64,000 nucleotides of DNA, from NCBI GenBank assembly GCA_038230375.1, contig JBBRNJ010000028.1, positions 1-64,000 on the forward strand. The letters are read 5' to 3'. A model generated the notes under the pieces. That model saw only the letters and a program-made list of their open reading frames with translations, was not told the origin of the DNA and made no database searches. The position numbers and the translations under genes are program-made. The stretch's first letter is position 1. Every line of letters starts with the position of its first letter. The DNA comes from Polyangiales bacterium (lineage in GTDB: Bacteria; Myxococcota_A; Polyangia; Polyangiales; Polyangiaceae). Of this stretch, positions 28,881-38,392 are shown piece by piece.

Positions 28881-31800
28881 TCACGAGTCGATCGTGATGA
28901 GGAGCTTCTCGCGCAGGGCGAAGTACTCCTCGCTCACGCTGAAGAGGACGAGCTCCTTGAGGCGCTCCTTCACGGGGACGCTGGATGCCTCCTCCGTGTG
29001 GCGAGCGATCTCGGTGGCGGTCTGCAGATCGTGCGCGAGCAACATGCCGGCGCGGTCCGCGGTGAAGTCGATGCACGCGACCCACTTCTTGAGGTCGAGC
29101 GCACCGCCACCCGAGAGCAGCTTGGAAACAAGGCTCGCGAGCTTGTCGCGCTGTCCGCCCTGGAACTCCGGCGCCATCGCCTGCATGGCCTCGCCCACCT
29201 GACCCTGGAGGTCCGGCGCGATCGGGAACTGCGGAACGCAGAGCTTGATCGCCGCGAAGAGCCACGCCTTGAGACCGGTGCCCGTCGGGACCAGGTGACG
29301 GACGTAGTAGCCCGGCCGGTAATAGACCAGGTGACGGCCCGCGATGAACGCGAGCGCCTGCGTGGGCAAGGAGGTGTCGAACGCGCCACGGCCGAGCACG
29401 ATCGACGGTGTCTGTGCGTGCAGGAAGCCGAGGGTCGATGGGTCGTTCGGGTTCTGGAACACCTTCGGCGGCGCAAGGCCGAGCACGCCCTGCGCGTAGT
29501 ACAGGGTCTGCGAGACCGGGTACGGGTGCAGTGACGTGTCGATCGCGTAGCGCGGATCGTAGCCCATCTGCTCGAGCGGCTGGGTGCGCGCGCGGATGAT
29601 GGTGGGCTGGATGAGCGCGAAGATCTTCGTGAGCAGCGGGTCGCCCTCTGCATGGGCGATGCGCTCCCACTCGGCCTCGGTGAGCGCCGACTGCGCGGGC
29701 GCCGCGTTCTCCGCGCGGTGCTTCTTGTAGAAGCGCTCCTCGTCGGGCTCGGCCAGGTTGAGCACGCTGAGGGCCTGGCAGAGGCACCAGGCCGGGTCCG
29801 CGCGCTTCGCGTCCGTGTAGAGCTTGCGGAGGAGCTTGTAGCTCTCCACGCGGTACGGATTGCGGCGGAGGATCTGCGCCTGGGAGCGGACGGCCTTCTC
29901 CAGGTACTGGTTCACGTCGCTCGCATAGAGCTCGGCGAGCGTCTCTGCGCGCGGACGATCCTCGGGGTCGAAGGCCTGAGCGGCCTCGAACGCGTCGATC
30001 GCCATCTCGGGCTCGGCGAGGAACTTGCGATAAAGGTCGCCGAGCTGATCGAGCATCTTCACGATGCGCGTGCGGTCGCCGGCGTTCTTCGCCTGCTCCA
30101 GCTGCGCCTCGAGGAGCTTCTTCACGCGCGGGTGCTCGCTCCGCTTCTTGGAGAGCTCGATCGCCTCGTCAGCGGCCTTGGTGAGCGTGGGATCGCACTT
30201 CAGGGCCTCCTCGTAGAAGCCAAGCGCCTGCGAGTCCTGGTTCAGCTGGCGAGCCGCGATCGTGGCCGCCGTATGCATGTACTTTGCACGTTGCTTCTTG
30301 TCCTCGACGAAGTCGGCGAGGCGGAGCACAACCTCCACGAGCTTCGCCCAGTCCTTCTCTTCCGAGTAGAGCTGCATCAGCTTGGCGAGCAGCTTGCGGT
30401 CGTCGGGACGCTCCTCGAGCGCCGCGACATACGACTTCTCCGCGCCCTTCTTGTTCGCGAGCTTCGTGAACTCCAGGTCGCCGATCTCGAGCAGGAGCTC
30501 GAACCGTTCACCACCGGTGGCGACCTTGAGGCGCTGGCGCTTGACCTTCAGGGCCTCGGCGAAGTCGCCCTTCTCCTCGTAGACCTTCGCCAGTGAGCGG
30601 AGCGGCTTGGGGTTTGCCGGATCCAGATCGGCCGCTTCCTTCAGCGGGGCGATCGCACGATCGAGCTCGCTGCAGCGGCGTGCGCTCTCGCCAAGGTGGA
30701 AGAGCACCTCTGCGCGCTCGCTACCTGCAAGCTTGTCGCCGTGGTTCTTGAGCAGGTCCTCGCTCATCTTGAGCGCGCTTCGGGGATCGCCGAACTCGAA
30801 CAGTGCCTCTGCAGCACGCGAGATCGCCTCCACGTTCGTGGGTGCAAGCTCGCGCAGCGCCTCGACGGCCGCGAGCATGCGCGGGTTCGTCATGGCCGGA
30901 GGCGACAGCGACGCCGGTGGCGCGACCGAGATACGACCGCCCGAGGGGGGGCCGTTCACGTCGTTCATCGACTGCCCGGCGGGCATGGAGCCGAGCGACG
31001 GCGGCGGGATGCTCGGACGGTTCGACTTCCCGAATGCCTCGAGGAAGCGGACGATCACGCGCACGCCGTCCAGCGGCGACAGCATGCCGGTGCGCCCGAC
31101 GATCGCGTCGAGGTACCGCGACGCCTCGAGCATGCGGTTCGCCTCGTATGCAAGGTCGCCCATGATCATGAGGGCATCGATGTTGGTGGAGTCTGCCTCG
31201 AGCGCGCGCTTGGCGGCGCCCTCTGCCTTCTCCGCGTCGTTCAGGGACTGGTGGAACACGCGCGCGAGCTCGCCGAACAGACGACCCTTCGCAAGGGCGC
31301 CCTCGGTGGTCTGGAGCTCCTTCTCGATGAGACCGACGACGCTCGTGAAATCGCCGCGATCCGCGTACGACTTCCGCAGCGCAGACTTCGCGGTGCCGTC
31401 CTTGGGGTTCGCGTCGAGCGCGAGCTTGTAGCGCTCGATCGCGCCGTCCTTGTCGCCGCGGGACTCCAGGAGACGCGCTGCGCGCATCCACTGGTCCGCC
31501 TTCTGCTCGGGCGCCTGCGCCTTGAATGCGAGGGCCTCGATCGCGGACAGCGCGGCGTGCGCGTCGCCGGTGAGCTCCTTCAGGTGCGCCATCGCCTCGA
31601 GCGCGCTCGGATGATCCGGCTGGATCGTGAGGATCTGCTCGTACACCTTCATGGCGCGATCGGGCGAGCCGACCTGCTCGGAGAGGACGCGGGCCTTCGC
31701 CAGCAGGAGCTCCAGCTTGCGCCCGTCGTCGGTGGTGACGGCGACGTGCTTCTCGTAGAGCGCGACCACGCGGTCCCAGCGGTCGAGCGCGCGGTAGTGG

Positions 31801-34337
31801 CGCACCAGGCCGGAGAGCGCGCCGTCGTGTGCGGCATCGATCTTGAGGATCTCCTCCAGAGCCACGGCGGCCAGCGTGTGGTCCAGGAACTCCTCGTCGT
31901 GGAGCGCGGCGATGCGCTCGAACAGGTTGATCTTCTGGCGCGGTGTTGCCGCGTGCTGGACCTGGCGCTCCAGGACCTCGAGCAGCTCACGGTAGCGGCC
32001 GTTGCGGTTGAAGATGCGATCCAGGCCCTTCAGGGCCGTGACGTTCGTCGGGTCCACGGCGAGCACGGCCTCGAAGCGGCGCGTGGCCTCCGCGAGATCG
32101 TTCATGTGGTCCTCGAAGACCTCGGCGACGCGCGCGAGCGCCTCCGCCTTCTCGACACCACGGCGCGCCTCTGCGCGGTTCTCGAGCACGCGAATGAGGC
32201 GCGGGTAGTCGCCCATGCGTTGCGCGATACGTGCGACGGCGTCGCTTGCGCGGATGTGCCCCGGATCCTCTGCAAGGACGGAGTCGTAGATGTGGCTCGC
32301 GCGCGGCGGATCGTTGAGCTTGGTCTCCAGGAGGTCCGCGGCCTCGACGCGATAGTCACGGGCGCGCGGCGTGCTGCCTGCTGCATCCGCACGCGACAGC
32401 AAGATGCCGACGAGCTCCGGCCACTGCTGCGCACGGCGGTAGATCTGGGTGAGCCCCTCGCCTGCCTTCTCGTGCGCGGGCTCGGAAGCGATCACCCGCT
32501 GGAACGCCATGAGCGCGAGGTCCGCGCGCCCGACCTTCGCCTCGTACCAGCGACCCGCGAAGCAGAGCAGCGCGGTCTGATCGGCCGGCGCGAGCGTACC
32601 CGCCTGGATCGCCTCCGTGATGGACGCGAGCGTCTCGTTCCAGCGCTCCTGCTTGGAGCCAGCGAGCTCCTCGACGCGTGAGCCGAACTCCTCGCTCTGG
32701 GGCAGCTCGCACAGCGCCTGCGTGTACGCGACCAGCGCCTGCTCGGGGTCATTGAGCTCGGAGGCGTAGATGCTCCCGATCTCGGCCAGGCAGCGCGCGC
32801 GCTCCTCACCCGGTGCGACGTTGCCGCTCTGCGTGAGCAGCATCTCGACGATCTCGTCGTACTTGCCGAGCGCGCGGCGCACCTCTTCGAGGGAGCTGAG
32901 CGCGACGTTGTCGCTGGGGTCCAGCTCCACGATCTTCGCGTACTGACGCTCTGCCGCGTTCTTGTCGCGCAGGGCGTGGATGTAGATGCGGGCCGCGCGG
33001 AAGAGCAGCGCCTTCTTGAGCTCCCCTGCCTCCTCGGTGCCAAGCACGATGCGATCGGCCGCGGAGTTGAACGCCTCGGCGACCTTCAAGGCCTCCGCGC
33101 CCTCATCAACGGCCTTCTCGAGCGCGAGCTGCGTCTCTTCATCCGCCGGGTTTCCCAGGAGTGAGAGCACGAGCGCCTCCACGCGCTCCTTCGGGATCTG
33201 CTGCTGCGCCCGCAGCGCCTGCGACTGACGACCAAGCTCCGCGAGGCCATCGAGCACCGCAGACGCGTCCTTCGGTCGACGCGACGGATCCTTTGCGAGG
33301 AGCATGAGAACGAAGTCGTCCACCTCCTTCGTGATCCAGCCGCGCGGCGCCTTCATGCTCGGCGGCTCGGGCTCCTTGGTGAGGTGCATGAACGCCGCGT
33401 CGGTGGCGGTCTGCGCCGCGAACACGGGCTTGCCGGAGAACAGCTCGTAGAGCATGGCGCCGAACGCGTAGACGTCGCTGCGCGCGTCCGCGGGCTTGCC
33501 GCGCACCAGCTCCGGCGCGATGGTCTTGGGCGAGCCGATGACGGCCATGAGCCCCGAGTGACCGTTCGTGACGATGCGACCGCGCGTGAGCTTGTCACCA
33601 CCGAAGTCGATGAGGACGACGCTGGGGGCGCCGCCGGCGCCGGCCTTCCCGAGGAGCACGTTCTCCAGCTTCAGGTCGCCGTGGACCAGGCCGGTCTTGT
33701 GCATGAGCGCGAGGGGCTCGAGGATGCCCCGCAGAACCGGGCGGAGCTCGTTCACGTGGGCGGGGCCCGTCTGCGCAAGGCGCGCGGCGAGCGGCGCGGC
33801 GTCGACGTGATTGTATGCAACATACACGCGATGCTCTTCGAGCTCGCCGGCCTCGATGCCCTCGGGAAGCCCAGGGTGCGACAGGCCGCCAACGAAGCGG
33901 TTCGCGGTGAGGAAGCGGTTCACGGCGCGCGCGTCGCGGGTCGCGTCGCGGCGAAGTACCTTCAGCGTGAACAGGCGTCCGCCCTTCACGGCCTGATAGA
34001 CGACCGCGAGATCGCTCTCGCCGATCTTCTTCTGGATCGTGAACTCGCCGAGCTGGCGCCCGGACGACAGCTCCTCGCGACCGAGCTGGCTGACGACGTC
34101 GAACAGGCGGGGGTCGACCTCGCGGCGGGACACGCGGATGACGTCGACCAGGGCGTCGAGACGGTCACCATCGACGCAGCGCTCGGTGAGGGCGCGCGCG
34201 AAGCTCGCCTTGGCCGTGGTGCCGCCCACGTCAGCGGGTAGAAGGCCGAGGAGCTTCTCGCTCAACTGGGTCATCTCCTCGAGCGAGAACAGTCTCTCGA
34301 GCTCGCCGCGCACGATGTCGATTGAAGATACTTGCAT
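28881..34337 (-). CDS. Large Ser/Thr protein kinase with extensive TPR repeats
   Basis: LKVL, VHGDLKLEN, IDFG, APE, SDVYAFG; many TPR units; start at MQVSSID inferred. Confidence 0.88.
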   Translation of the reverse strand: MQVSSIDIVRGELERLFSLEEMTQLSEKLLGLLPADVGGTTAKASFARALTERCVDGDRLDALVDVIRVSRREVDPRLFDVVSQLGREELSSGRQLGEFTIQKKIGESDLAVVYQAVKGGRLFTLKVLRRDATRDARAVNRFLTANRFVGGLSHPGLPEGIEAGELEEHRVYVAYNHVDAAPLAARLAQTGPAHVNELRPVLRGILEPLALMHKTGLVHGDLKLENVLLGKAGAGGAPSVVLIDFGGDKLTRGRIVTNGHSGLMAVIGSPKTIAPELVRGKPADARSDVYAFGAMLYELFSGKPVFAAQTATDAAFMHLTKEPEPPSMKAPRGWITKEVDDFVLMLLAKDPSRRPKDASAVLDGLAELGRQSQALRAQQQIPKERVEALVLSLLGNPADEETQLALEKAVDEGAEALKVAEAFNSAADRIVLGTEEAGELKKALLFRAARIYIHALRDKNAAERQYAKIVELDPSDNVALSSLEEVRRALGKYDEIVEMLLTQSGNVAPGEERARCLAEIGSIYASELNDPEQALVAYTQALCELPQSEEFGSRVEELAGSKQERWNETLASITEAIQAGTLAPADQTALLCFAGRWYEAKVGRADLALMAFQRVIASEPAHEKAGEGLTQIYRRAQQWPELVGILLSRADAAGSTPRARDYRVEAADLLETKLNDPPRASHIYDSVLAEDPGHIRASDAVARIAQRMGDYPRLIRVLENRAEARRGVEKAEALARVAEVFEDHMNDLAEATRRFEAVLAVDPTNVTALKGLDRIFNRNGRYRELLEVLERQVQHAATPRQKINLFERIAALHDEEFLDHTLAAVALEEILKIDAAHDGALSGLVRHYRALDRWDRVVALYEKHVAVTTDDGRKLELLLAKARVLSEQVGSPDRAMKVYEQILTIQPDHPSALEAMAHLKELTGDAHAALSAIEALAFKAQAPEQKADQWMRAARLLESRGDKDGAIERYKLALDANPKDGTAKSALRKSYADRGDFTSVVGLIEKELQTTEGALAKGRLFGELARVFHQSLNDAEKAEGAAKRALEADSTNIDALMIMGDLAYEANRMLEASRYLDAIVGRTGMLSPLDGVRVIVRFLEAFGKSNRPSIPPPSLGSMPAGQSMNDVNGPPSGGRISVAPPASLSPPAMTNPRMLAAVEALRELAPTNVEAISRAAEALFEFGDPRSALKMSEDLLKNHGDKLAGSERAEVLFHLGESARRCSELDRAIAPLKEAADLDPANPKPLRSLAKVYEEKGDFAEALKVKRQRLKVATGGERFELLLEIGDLEFTKLANKKGAEKSYVAALEERPDDRKLLAKLMQLYSEEKDWAKLVEVVLRLADFVEDKKQRAKYMHTAATIAARQLNQDSQALGFYEEALKCDPTLTKAADEAIELSKKRSEHPRVKKLLEAQLEQAKNAGDRTRIVKMLDQLGDLYRKFLAEPEMAIDAFEAAQAFDPEDRPRAETLAELYASDVNQYLEKAVRSQAQILRRNPYRVESYKLLRKLYTDAKRADPAWCLCQALSVLNLAEPDEERFYKKHRAENAAPAQSALTEAEWERIAHAEGDPLLTKIFALIQPTIIRARTQPLEQMGYDPRYAIDTSLHPYPVSQTLYYAQGVLGLAPPKVFQNPNDPSTLGFLHAQTPSIVLGRGAFDTSLPTQALAFIAGRHLVYYRPGYYVRHLVPTGTGLKAWLFAAIKLCVPQFPIAPDLQGQVGEAMQAMAPEFQGGQRDKLASLVSKLLSGGGALDLKKWVACIDFTADRAGMLLAHDLQTATEIARHTEEASSVPVKERLKELVLFSVSEEYFALREKLLITIDS

Positions 34338-34535
34338 TGAGATCCATCGCCCTTTGGACGCCCGCATCACGTGCTGCGAACGCCCGGCTTTTCGTGGCCG
34401 TCTACCCCACTCTGGGGGCGCGGAGCTTACCGAAAAACAAAGGCAATGTCTGCGAACAATGAAGGCGTCTTCATACGCCGCACCGCATCACGGGAGGCGG
34501 GTTTTGGCGGGCCCCTCAGGACGCGGTGAAATCGG

Positions 34536-35192
34536 TCAGTGGCCCGATAGGCGCGAGATTCCCGGGTGGCCGGGGTCTCCCGGCTCGTGGCGCGGGTTCT
34601 CGCTCTTCTTCTCGCCGTCCTTGCTCTTGAACGCGAGCAGGATGTCCTTGTCGTAGATGAACTGATCGCGCGAGTCGTACGGGACCGCGTGGTGGCCCGT
34701 GTCCATGCGGATCGCGTCGCATGGGCATGCCTCGACGCAGTAGCCGCAGAAGATGCAGCGCAGCTCGTCGATGACGAACTTCACCGGGTATTTCTCGTAG
34801 CCGCGGCGCTTGTCGCCCTCCGGATACTCGCCCGCGACGATGCTGATGCACTGCGCGGGGCACGCCGTGGAGCAGCACAGGCACGCGACGCAGCGCACGC
34901 TGCCGTCGTCACGGGTGGTGAGGCGGTGCACGCCGCGGAAGCGATCCGGATAAGGGCGCTTCTGCTCGGGGTAGGAGATGGTCGTGATGCCATCTTCGAG
35001 GCGCTCGGTGACCGGGTCGGGGCGGCTGCCGCGGAGCATCTCCTTCGTGTTCTTGAAGAAGTGGCTCATCGACACACCAAGGCCGCGGATGATCTCCGGG
35101 AGGTAGGCCTGGTTTCCCGCCGTCTTCTCGGCGTAGTCGACCACGGTGGCGTTGAGCTGTGAGGCGGGCTTCTTGGGGAATGCGCGTGCCAT
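34536..35192 (-). CDS. nuoI: NADH-quinone oxidoreductase subunit I
   Basis: YPEQKR..RFRGVH, CVACLCCSTACP, CIFCGYCVEACP. Confidence 0.93.
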   Translation of the reverse strand: MARAFPKKPASQLNATVVDYAEKTAGNQAYLPEIIRGLGVSMSHFFKNTKEMLRGSRPDPVTERLEDGITTISYPEQKRPYPDRFRGVHRLTTRDDGSVRCVACLCCSTACPAQCISIVAGEYPEGDKRRGYEKYPVKFVIDELRCIFCGYCVEACPCDAIRMDTGHHAVPYDSRDQFIYDKDILLAFKSKDGEKKSENPRHEPGDPGHPGISRLSGH

Positions 35193-35218
35193 GATTTCTT
35201 CTCCGCGGTCCGAAAATC

Positions 35219-36676
35219 TCAGGCCTGCATGGGCTCGGTGACCGTGCCGCCGCGCTTCGCCGCGCGCTTGGCAGAGGAGCCGAGGATCTGGGTGAGGTGT
35301 CGCGACGGGCTGAACATGCCGATGATCGCCCAGACCACGAGGCCGACCAGTACGACGGCCACGACGCCCTGGGTGATGTCGGACGCCAGCTTGAGGCCTG
35401 CAGCGACGGACTCACCGCCGCTCTGAAGCCCGAGCCAGATGATGCCGGTCGCGAAGATGTTCGCGAGCGACAGCGGCAGCAGCGTCTGCCAGCAGAGCTT
35501 CTGCAGCTGGTCGTAGCGGAAGCGCGGAAGGCTCCAGCGAACGAACGCCTGTAGGAGACAGATGATGAGGGTCTTGCCGAAGAATGCGAGCACGCCGATG
35601 ACGAGCATCGCGAGGTGACCGATCTTCTGCTGCACGATCATCGTGTCGCCGAACTGGAGCGTGAGGCCGTCGCGGTGCAGGAACGGGAGCTGCCAGCCAC
35701 CAAGGAAGATGGTGACGAGGAGCATGGAGCTCGTGACGATCTCCATGTACTCGGCGAAGTAGAACATGCCGAACTTCATGCCCGAGTACTCGGTGAAGTA
35801 GCCGGACACGAGCTCGCTCTCGGCCTCGGGGAGGTCGAACGGGATGCGCTTCGACTCGGCCACGGCCGCAGCGAAGAAGAGAAAGAACGCCAGCGGCTGA
35901 ACGAAGATGCCCCACGTGTTCTCGCCCTGCCAGATGACCATGTCCTGCAGGCGGACCGAGCCGTAGATCATCATCGCGCCCACGAGCGAGAGGCCGAGCG
36001 TGACCTCGTACGAGACCATCTGGCTCGCAGCGCGGAGCGCACCCATGAGCGAGAACTTGTTGTCCGAGGACCAGCCGGCGATCGCCGCGCCGACGATCCC
36101 CTGCCCCGCCATCGCGAAGATGTAGAGGATGCCGACATTGAGCGGCGCGATCGAGAGGTGAAGGATCCCCTGGCTGGAATTCATGCCGAGTCGCGAGGCC
36201 GCGGGCCACTGGGTCGCGGTGCTAGCGAAGGTGGCCACCACGTTCTTCGCCGCGTCGAGGCACTGCTCACCGACGAACAGACCGAGCGCGTGACCTTCCG
36301 CGTCCATGCACAGCTTGCGCGGACCGACCTGCGCGAGGCTGACGGTGTCGCCCATCGGAATCACGGCGGCCAGCGCGAGCACCGGCGCCATGGCAAGGAT
36401 GGGCGCGAGGCTGAAGAGGAGCTTGTCCGCCTTCGGGGGCATGAAGTCCTTCTTGGTGAAGAACTTCACGCCGTCGGCCGCCGTGTGGAGCAGACCGAAG
36501 AGGCGGAGCGTGATCTTCTTCGTCAGCGGAAGGCCTGCGCGGTTCGGACCGATGCGGTCCTGGATCATCGAGGAAAGCCGGCGATCCACCCACGTGAGCA
36601 AGCCTGCCACGTTGAAGAGGAAGCCCACCATCACGAGGATCTTCACGAGGGTCGCGATGAGATCTGTGGTCGTCAT
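35219..36676 (-). CDS. nuoH: NADH-quinone oxidoreductase subunit H (extended)
   Basis: QDRIGPNRAG, ADGVK, SQMVSYE, RIPFDLPEAESELVSGYFTEYSG, LPRFRYDQL. Confidence 0.95.
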   Translation of the reverse strand: MTTTDLIATLVKILVMVGFLFNVAGLLTWVDRRLSSMIQDRIGPNRAGLPLTKKITLRLFGLLHTAADGVKFFTKKDFMPPKADKLLFSLAPILAMAPVLALAAVIPMGDTVSLAQVGPRKLCMDAEGHALGLFVGEQCLDAAKNVVATFASTATQWPAASRLGMNSSQGILHLSIAPLNVGILYIFAMAGQGIVGAAIAGWSSDNKFSLMGALRAASQMVSYEVTLGLSLVGAMMIYGSVRLQDMVIWQGENTWGIFVQPLAFFLFFAAAVAESKRIPFDLPEAESELVSGYFTEYSGMKFGMFYFAEYMEIVTSSMLLVTIFLGGWQLPFLHRDGLTLQFGDTMIVQQKIGHLAMLVIGVLAFFGKTLIICLLQAFVRWSLPRFRYDQLQKLCWQTLLPLSLANIFATGIIWLGLQSGGESVAAGLKLASDITQGVVAVVLVGLVVWAIIGMFSPSRHLTQILGSSAKRAAKRGGTVTEPMQA

Positions 36677-36680
36677 GATG

Positions 36681-38279
36681 TCACTCCGCCTCCGCGTTGG
36701 CCTGGGCTGCGGGCTCGGCCGTGTTCACGGGGGTCTGGTTCGGCGCGAACTTCTTTCGAACGTCACCGAGCTTGTTGAGGCCGAGATCGTGGCCGAGCGC
36801 CTTGCCCAGCTCCGCGATGATCTGCCAGGCGGCCTTGCTGTCGCCCTGCGGCTCGATCGCCTTCTTCGAGAGCTGCGAGAGGCCCTTCTTGTTCACGTAC
36901 GTGCCGGAGGCCTCTGCCCACGACGCCGCGGGGAGCAACACCTTCGCCGCGCCAGTGAGCGGGCCGCCATGAGCCGCGAGCACCACGAGCGCGTCGAGCT
37001 TGTCGAGGATGTCCGCGTCGCTCGGTACGTCCGCGCCCAGCGCGAGCGCGTGGGTGATGCGACCCGCGCCGATGTCGTGCGCGAACATGGACCACTGACG
37101 TGCGTCCGGCGCCAGCGCCTGCACGCCCTGCGTGTTGGAGTTCTTGTCGGCGTCGACCAGGATGTCGTCGCCCTTACCGGGCGCGCGGCCCGCGATGTAG
37201 ACGCTGCTCGTGCCCAGGGCCTTGCCGAGCGTGAGGAGCGCGACGTTGTCCTCTTGCGAGTGCGTCGCGGACAGCACGATGGCAAGGAGACCAGGCTGCG
37301 CAGAGGCGAGCGCGGATTTGGCGCTCTCCATCGCGGCGGCGCGCTTGGCCTTCTTGTTCGACACGCGCGCCTCGGTGATGCGCGTCTCGTGCGCGAACTT
37401 GTACGAGAGCATGCCCTCGTCGCACATCCAGTACTTGTTGACCGCCTCGTTGTCGCGCGGGCGATAGCGCTGGGCCTTGTTGGTGCGCGGATCGTAGTCG
37501 AGGTGCGCGTTGCAGCCTGTGGCGCAGCCCTGGCAGATGCTGTCCGCAGAGCGCAGGAACCAGACGCGCGCCTTGAAGCGGAAGTCCTTCGTGGTGAGCG
37601 CGCCGACGGGGCACACGTGCTCGGTCATGAAGGTGTAGTTGCCTTCGAGCTTGCGACCCGGGGCGACCGCGATCTCGTTCAGGTTGCCGCGCTCGCGCAT
37701 CTCCAGGACGGGATCCTTGGCGACCTCCTCCATGAAGCGCACGCAGCGGGTGCACATGACGCAGCGCTCGCCGTCGTAGACGATGGTGTCACCGAACGAC
37801 ACGCCCTTCGGCTTGTGCACGGGCTCGTCCAGCATGCGCTTCTGCGTGTGCTGGTGCTCGAGCCAGTAGTCCTGCAGCTTGCACTCGCCGGACTGATCGC
37901 AGATGGGGCAGTCGACGGGGTGGTTCAAGAGCAAGAGCTCCTGCACGTGCGAGCGAGCTTCCTTCACGTGGGGCGAGGTGTCGGAGAGGACCTCCTGTCC
38001 TTCGACCGCGAGGTACTGACACGAGGGCTGGAGCTTGGGCTTCTGGACGGGCTTGTACTCGCCGGTCTTCCTGTCGAGCTCGAGGATGTCGAGCATGACG
38101 GGGCGCTGGCCGGCCGCGGGCTTGAGCTCCACCAGGCACATGCGGCAGTTCGCGGGCGACGAGAGCCCCGGGTGCCAGCAGTAGTGCGGGATCTCAATGC
38201 CCTGCTTGGCAGCGGCCTTGATGATGGATTCGCCGGGTTCGAAGGGGATTTCCCGTCCGTCGAGCTTGAACGTGGGCAT
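36681..38279 (-). CDS. nuoG: NADH-quinone oxidoreductase subunit G (short form)
   Basis: IPHYCWH...CRMC, NHPVDCPICDQSGEC, CVMCTRC, CPVGAL, CQGCATGC. Confidence 0.92.
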   Translation of the reverse strand: MPTFKLDGREIPFEPGESIIKAAAKQGIEIPHYCWHPGLSSPANCRMCLVELKPAAGQRPVMLDILELDRKTGEYKPVQKPKLQPSCQYLAVEGQEVLSDTSPHVKEARSHVQELLLLNHPVDCPICDQSGECKLQDYWLEHQHTQKRMLDEPVHKPKGVSFGDTIVYDGERCVMCTRCVRFMEEVAKDPVLEMRERGNLNEIAVAPGRKLEGNYTFMTEHVCPVGALTTKDFRFKARVWFLRSADSICQGCATGCNAHLDYDPRTNKAQRYRPRDNEAVNKYWMCDEGMLSYKFAHETRITEARVSNKKAKRAAAMESAKSALASAQPGLLAIVLSATHSQEDNVALLTLGKALGTSSVYIAGRAPGKGDDILVDADKNSNTQGVQALAPDARQWSMFAHDIGAGRITHALALGADVPSDADILDKLDALVVLAAHGGPLTGAAKVLLPAASWAEASGTYVNKKGLSQLSKKAIEPQGDSKAAWQIIAELGKALGHDLGLNKLGDVRKKFAPNQTPVNTAEPAAQANAEAE

Positions 38280-38290
38280 AGCTGGGGCCT

Positions 38291-38319
38291 GTTATAGGAG
38301 CGAGCGCCCGAGATTGCAC
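38291..38319 (-). promoter_or_regulatory. Putative dedicated promoter of nuoG
   Basis: Minus strand GTGCAA, 17 bp, TATAAC, 11 nt before the ATG. Confidence 0.5.
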
Positions 38320-38392
38320 GAGTTTTGAACAGCCAATCACGACCTCGATCCCGGCCGAGATTCGCATGAAGACGTGCCGTCAACCGCGGCGG

